IMG/VR virus record: IMGVR_UViG_3300025635_000011
Location: 1-36,995 of that record
Reading direction: 5' to 3' (one strand)
From: a virus
Taxonomy: Duplodnaviria > Caudoviricetes
Length of the DNA: 36,995 nucleotides
Shown here: piece after piece, positions 33,653 to 36,995 of the stretch
Numbering within the stretch: position 1 is the first letter of the stretch
Layout: every line of letters starts with the position of its first letter
Made by a program: the position numbers and the translations under genes
The notes under the pieces: model-generated
What the model saw: the letters and a program-made list of their open reading frames with translations, nothing else
Database searches by the model: none
What the model was told of the DNA's origin: nothing

Positions 33653-34311
33653 TCGACCCAGTAAGTGCTTTTGCGCTGGCTCAAGGAGCCATTAAAGGCG
33701 TAAGGGCGCTTACTGCTCTCTATAAAGAGGCCAAACAAGCCGGTAAAGAAGTTGCTGACATAGCCACAGAAGTATCTGGTCATGTTGGTAAGTTCATGGA
33801 GGGCACTGAGAAGCTCCAGAAGATTGAGATTGAATCCAAGATAGCTCCTCCAGACCCTTCCAAGAGCATCCAAGCGCAGGCTTTTGAGAACATCATGCGT
33901 AGGCATGAGTTACAGAAGATGGAGACTGAACTCAGGGAGATGCTGGTCTATGAGCTTGATATGCCTGGGGTCTGGAAAGAGTTCAACGCTGAAAGGCACA
34001 GGCTTACAGTTGAACTTGAAGATAGGATGGCTCAAGAGCTAAAAGAGAGAAGAATAAGAGAGGCTAGACGATCCAAAAGACTAGAGAAGATCAAGATTAA
34101 AGCAGCTATATCCATAGCTGTTTTTCTTTGGTTCTTTGTCTTTTCAACCCTTATGTACGGTCTTTATCTAGATGCACAGGAGCGCAGGCTACTAGATAAG
34201 TTTGATCGTAAACAGTTTGAGTATCTATGGATCAATGATCCTGATTATGTCGAATGCTGGAAGGTTTTCCAAGCAACCTCAATGCTCCCCAGTTTCTGTA
34301 GAAAGGACTAA
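33649..34311 (+). CDS. Hypothetical membrane protein in the lysis module
   Basis: Coiled coil, then TM helix AAISIAVFLWFFVFSTLMYGLYL, then a short two-Cys tail. Confidence 0.7.
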   Translation: MIDPVSAFALAQGAIKGVRALTALYKEAKQAGKEVADIATEVSGHVGKFMEGTEKLQKIEIESKIAPPDPSKSIQAQAFENIMRRHELQKMETELREMLVYELDMPGVWKEFNAERHRLTVELEDRMAQELKERRIREARRSKRLEKIKIKAAISIAVFLWFFVFSTLMYGLYLDAQERRLLDKFDRKQFEYLWINDPDYVECWKVFQATSMLPSFCRKD

Positions 34312-34313
34312 TT

Positions 34314-34829
34314 ATGTTAACTTTATTGTCTACCCTTATCAGCTTCCTCATGGGTGGCCTACCTAAGCTCTTGGACTTCTTCCAGGACCGCTCAGACAAG
34401 AAACACGAGCTTCAGCTTGCACAGATGCAGACTGAGCGTGAATTGGCTATGCTTGAGAAAGGCTACGCTGCTCAGGCTAAGGTCGAGGAGATCCGTCTAG
34501 ATGAGATTAAGACCTCCAGCAGTGCTGAGACCACCCAGGCCGTCATTGGTGCTCAGCAGGCCGAAATGCAGGCTCTCTATGCCCACGATATGAGCTTGAA
34601 TGAGGGAACGTCTCAGTGGGTTAAGAACCTCCGTGCTCTGGTTCGTCCCTTGATTACCTATGGTTTCTTTGTCCTGCTGGTTATGATTGATTGTCTTTTG
34701 TTCTGGCATGGATTCAAGCAGAACGTAGATTTCACCACGTTAGCTGAACAATTGTGGGATAATGATACCCAGGCTCTGTTTGCTTCCATTATTGCTTTCC
34801 ACTTTGGTGGTCGGGCCTTTGGAAAATGA
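34314..34829 (+). CDS. Putative holin (3TM-holin-like)
   Basis: DKKHEL; WVKNLRALVRPLITY; FHFGGR; adjacent to lysozyme. Confidence 0.7.
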   Translation: MLTLLSTLISFLMGGLPKLLDFFQDRSDKKHELQLAQMQTERELAMLEKGYAAQAKVEEIRLDEIKTSSSAETTQAVIGAQQAEMQALYAHDMSLNEGTSQWVKNLRALVRPLITYGFFVLLVMIDCLLFWHGFKQNVDFTTLAEQLWDNDTQALFASIIAFHFGGRAFGK

Positions 34830-35305
34830 TAAGCGATAAAGCCATTGAGATGATTAAACACCATGAAGGGGTTAGGCAGGTTCCATATCGTTGCCCTGCT
34901 CTGCTGTGGACCGTTGGTGTTGGTCATGTTATTGACCCTAATCATATCAAAGTACCTTTAGAACAACGTAAACAACTTGCTATTCCAGAAGGCTGGGATA
35001 GAAAGCTTACGATGGAGGAAGTTAATGCGATTCTTCAGAAAGATCTTGAGTCTTTTGTCAGAGGTGTTCTACGTCTCTGTCCTAACTCTGCTACTAATCA
35101 AGGCCACCTTGACGCTCTCACTAGCTTTAGCTTCAACGTAGGGCTAGGTAACCTTCAGAAGTCCACCATACGGATGAAGTACAACCGTGGTGACATTGAA
35201 GGAGCTGCTGAAGGCTTCCTAGACTGGACCAAGGCAGGCGGTAAGGTACTACCTGGATTGGTTAAACGAAGAAACGATGAAAGAGCACTTTTCTTAGGTG
35301 CATAA
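34826..35305 (+). CDS. Endolysin, GH24 phage lysozyme
   Basis: E-X8-C-X5-T triad (EGVRQVPYRCPALLWT); SFSFNVG; GLVKRRNDE. Confidence 0.95.
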   Translation: MISDKAIEMIKHHEGVRQVPYRCPALLWTVGVGHVIDPNHIKVPLEQRKQLAIPEGWDRKLTMEEVNAILQKDLESFVRGVLRLCPNSATNQGHLDALTSFSFNVGLGNLQKSTIRMKYNRGDIEGAAEGFLDWTKAGGKVLPGLVKRRNDERALFLGA

Positions 35306-35331
35306 AAGAAGCCCTCCGAAGAGGGCTTTTT
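35304..35331. terminator. Bidirectional rho-independent terminator where the two arms converge
   Basis: AAAAG-AAGCCCTC-CGAA-GAGGGCTT-TTT between convergent stop codons. Confidence 0.9.
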
Positions 35332-35332
35332 G

Positions 35333-35482
35333 TTACCAGAAGAAGGTTATCTGAACGAATCCAAGTAAGATAACTATACCTGTCTTTTCATATATTTCTT
35401 CTTCGTCAACCTCAACGTACAGGGTATCCGCATGAGCGATACCGAATACGAGTCCATGAATGAAGTCGATACTGCAATTCAT
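35333..35482 (-). CDS. Hypothetical 49-aa protein (not in the ORF track)
   Basis: MNCSIDFIHGLVFGIAHAD...IVILLGFVQITFFW; abuts the upstream stop and the terminator. Confidence 0.65.
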   Translation of the reverse strand: MNCSIDFIHGLVFGIAHADTLYVEVDEEEIYEKTGIVILLGFVQITFFW

Positions 35483-35665
35483 TTAATCGCCTAAAAAGTA
35501 TTCAGTAAAGGTTGGATATATTTCTATAGTCCAGTTTGTGCCTTGTACTTCATTTACAATAGTAGCCAGTGCTTGATATAAATTGCAAGGAGCAACTAAA
35601 ATTTCTTTAGTTTCAAGATGAGTTTTATCATTGTATTTAATAAGCAAGTTTGTTCCTATTGACAT
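35483..35665 (-). CDS. Hypothetical protein
   Basis: AAGGA SD before MSIGTN; AT-rich. Confidence 0.55.
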   Translation of the reverse strand: MSIGTNLLIKYNDKTHLETKEILVAPCNLYQALATIVNEVQGTNWTIEIYPTFTEYFLGD

Positions 35666-35673
35666 AATAATCC

Positions 35674-36995
35674 TTAAAAAGCAATCTCGCAAGCGCCTGC
35701 GGTGCAGGAGAGCATCTGAGCACCTTCAACATTATCAGTACCTTCCTGGAAGGAATCCCAATCAATGTTATCAGGCATTTCAAGAGCCATCTGTAGGTAC
35801 TCACCAGCAGTAATCTCCTCGTAAGGAGCCTGACGATACGTACCGCCATCGTAGGGCAGGTAAGACACGCCAGTGACCTCATCAAAGTGATCCCAGGTCC
35901 ATGCACCGACTTTAGGCCACTCTGATTCGTTCACAGAGATAGTCACAGACGGTTTATGCTCACACCAGTGCTTCTGGAATACCAGCCAGAGATCCAAGTG
36001 CTCAATGGCGCTTAGATCCTCTCGTAGCACTGCTCCTTCGCCCACCTTCTGAGGAAAGCTAAACACAGTGGTTGAATCAGGCTTCATAACGCAAGGCTCA
36101 GACGGGAATCCTTGAGACTTCAGGAAGTTAGTCAGAGGGTCTTTGTTGTCAGAACGCACACGGCGAATGTAATACTGACTATGCTGGGGATGGATACCAC
36201 TAGCAGTTCCTGTGAGCTGAGACACAGTGCCTTCTGGTTTAACACAAGTAATAGCGGCAGAAGCAGGGATGCCAAGATCGTTAGCCATCCGAGCATTTGT
36301 ATCAATAGCAACATTCTTCAAGTCCTCAAGGCGCTTAGGTAGATCCAGATCGTAGGCGCTGTTCAGCAACGGATTATCCAAGATACCAGTCATAGATACG
36401 CCCAAGAGACGCTCTTCTTCAGTGTTGGTCTGCCATATCTTCCGCAGGTACGGGAAGTGGGTCATCGTCGATTGAAAAGTTCCAAGAATCGTTGCCAAGC
36501 GCACCTTATTACGAAGTCGATCCATATCATCCCCGTTACGAACAATAACAGAAGAAAGATTGCAAAATTGATAAGGCCTAAGAATAATCTCGCTGCAAGG
36601 GTTCGTGCCCCACTCTTTACCCAAGCTACGGCGACCATTCTTTTCTGCTTGCAGTTCTGACGCATAACGATTGAAGATTCCTCGCTCACCAGAGTGAGAT
36701 TCATAGATGTTAGACCATTCACGCATGAATTGACCAACGTCAGGTTTTACTTCGTACACGGCACTGTTGTTAGCCAAAGCTCGTTGACCATTACCGTCCC
36801 ACCAGTTGCCTGCCTTAGCGTGAGCCATACGGTCATCACCAAGGTCAGACAGGGAAATCATAGCACTACGGCGCACTCCGCCCACGACGACAACTTCCCC
36901 GATCTTACAGAGAATATCATGACACTCGATGGTGTGTAGCTTACGCCCCACAGCTCCTTTGAACTTGGCGATAACATATTTAAACAGCTCCACCA
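35674..36995 (-). CDS. nrdJ: Class II ribonucleotide reductase, C-terminal part (gene starts at 704 across the junction)
   Basis: GGVRRSA, NNS, active site TNPCSEI, FCNL, TCVKPEGT, HKPSVT, C-terminal CTAGAC; no class I beta subunit anywhere in the genome. Confidence 0.93.
   Translation of the reverse strand, partial: VELFKYVIAKFKGAVGRKLHTIECHDILCKIGEVVVVGGVRRSAMISLSDLGDDRMAHAKAGNWWDGNGQRALANNSAVYEVKPDVGQFMREWSNIYESHSGERGIFNRYASELQAEKNGRRSLGKEWGTNPCSEIILRPYQFCNLSSVIVRNGDDMDRLRNKVRLATILGTFQSTMTHFPYLRKIWQTNTEEERLLGVSMTGILDNPLLNSAYDLDLPKRLEDLKNVAIDTNARMANDLGIPASAAITCVKPEGTVSQLTGTASGIHPQHSQYYIRRVRSDNKDPLTNFLKSQGFPSEPCVMKPDSTTVFSFPQKVGEGAVLREDLSAIEHLDLWLVFQKHWCEHKPSVTISVNESEWPKVGAWTWDHFDEVTGVSYLPYDGGTYRQAPYEEITAGEYLQMALEMPDNIDWDSFQEGTDNVEGAQMLSCTAGACEIAF
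36869..36995. repeat. 127-bp terminal direct repeat, copy 2 (circular assembly overlap)
   Basis: Identical to 1-127. Confidence 0.95.

Noticed and set aside
35674-36993. RNR as a truncated 439-aa gene or pseudogene
   Set aside because: The N-terminal part is present in frame at 704-1 across the circular junction
36869-36995. 127-bp terminal repeat as a biological DTR
   Set aside because: It falls mid-gene in the RNR and its length equals a common assembler k-mer, so it is best read as a circularisation overlap
1-36995. Stop-codon reassignment, tRNA genes, integrase or RNA polymerase
   Set aside because: Core genes are intact under the standard code, and I recognised no cloverleaf, recombinase or RNAP motifs by eye; tRNAscan and HMM searches were not run

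Overview
The window is an apparently complete, circularly permuted 36,868-bp genome of a lytic podovirus-type tailed phage. Bases 36869-36995 exactly repeat bases 1-127, most likely an assembly overlap, and the break splits the ribonucleotide reductase gene. The genome has two arms. The minus-strand arm (12582 down to 1, wrapping to 35333) carries small early genes, a T7 gp4-like primase-helicase, a family A DNA polymerase, a probable SSB, a 5'-3' exonuclease, a resolvase-like nuclease, ThyX, a metallophosphoesterase, a DUF3310 protein and a B12-dependent class II RNR. The plus-strand arm (13572-35305) carries terminase, portal, scaffold, capsid, tail fibres, tail and ejection proteins, holin and lysozyme. 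The arms converge on a bidirectional terminator at ~35305-35331. I recognise no RNA polymerase, integrase, tRNA or CRISPR array, so the layout resembles SIO1/cobavirus-like phages. The most striking feature is the non-coding region 12600-13570, where the arms diverge and the physical genome ends probably lie. It holds a dense ~460-bp array of host transcription-factor operator look-alikes: two sigma54 -24/-12 elements, four NtrC-like sites, two Fur-like boxes, a RutR/TetR-like box, a near-perfect CIRCE (HrcA) element and several unassigned palindromes. An IHF-like site and phased AT-rich repeats follow. A frameshifted early gene missed by the ORF track (11433-11701) and several small unlisted ORFs were also found. 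All product calls come from motif recognition and synteny, not database searches.
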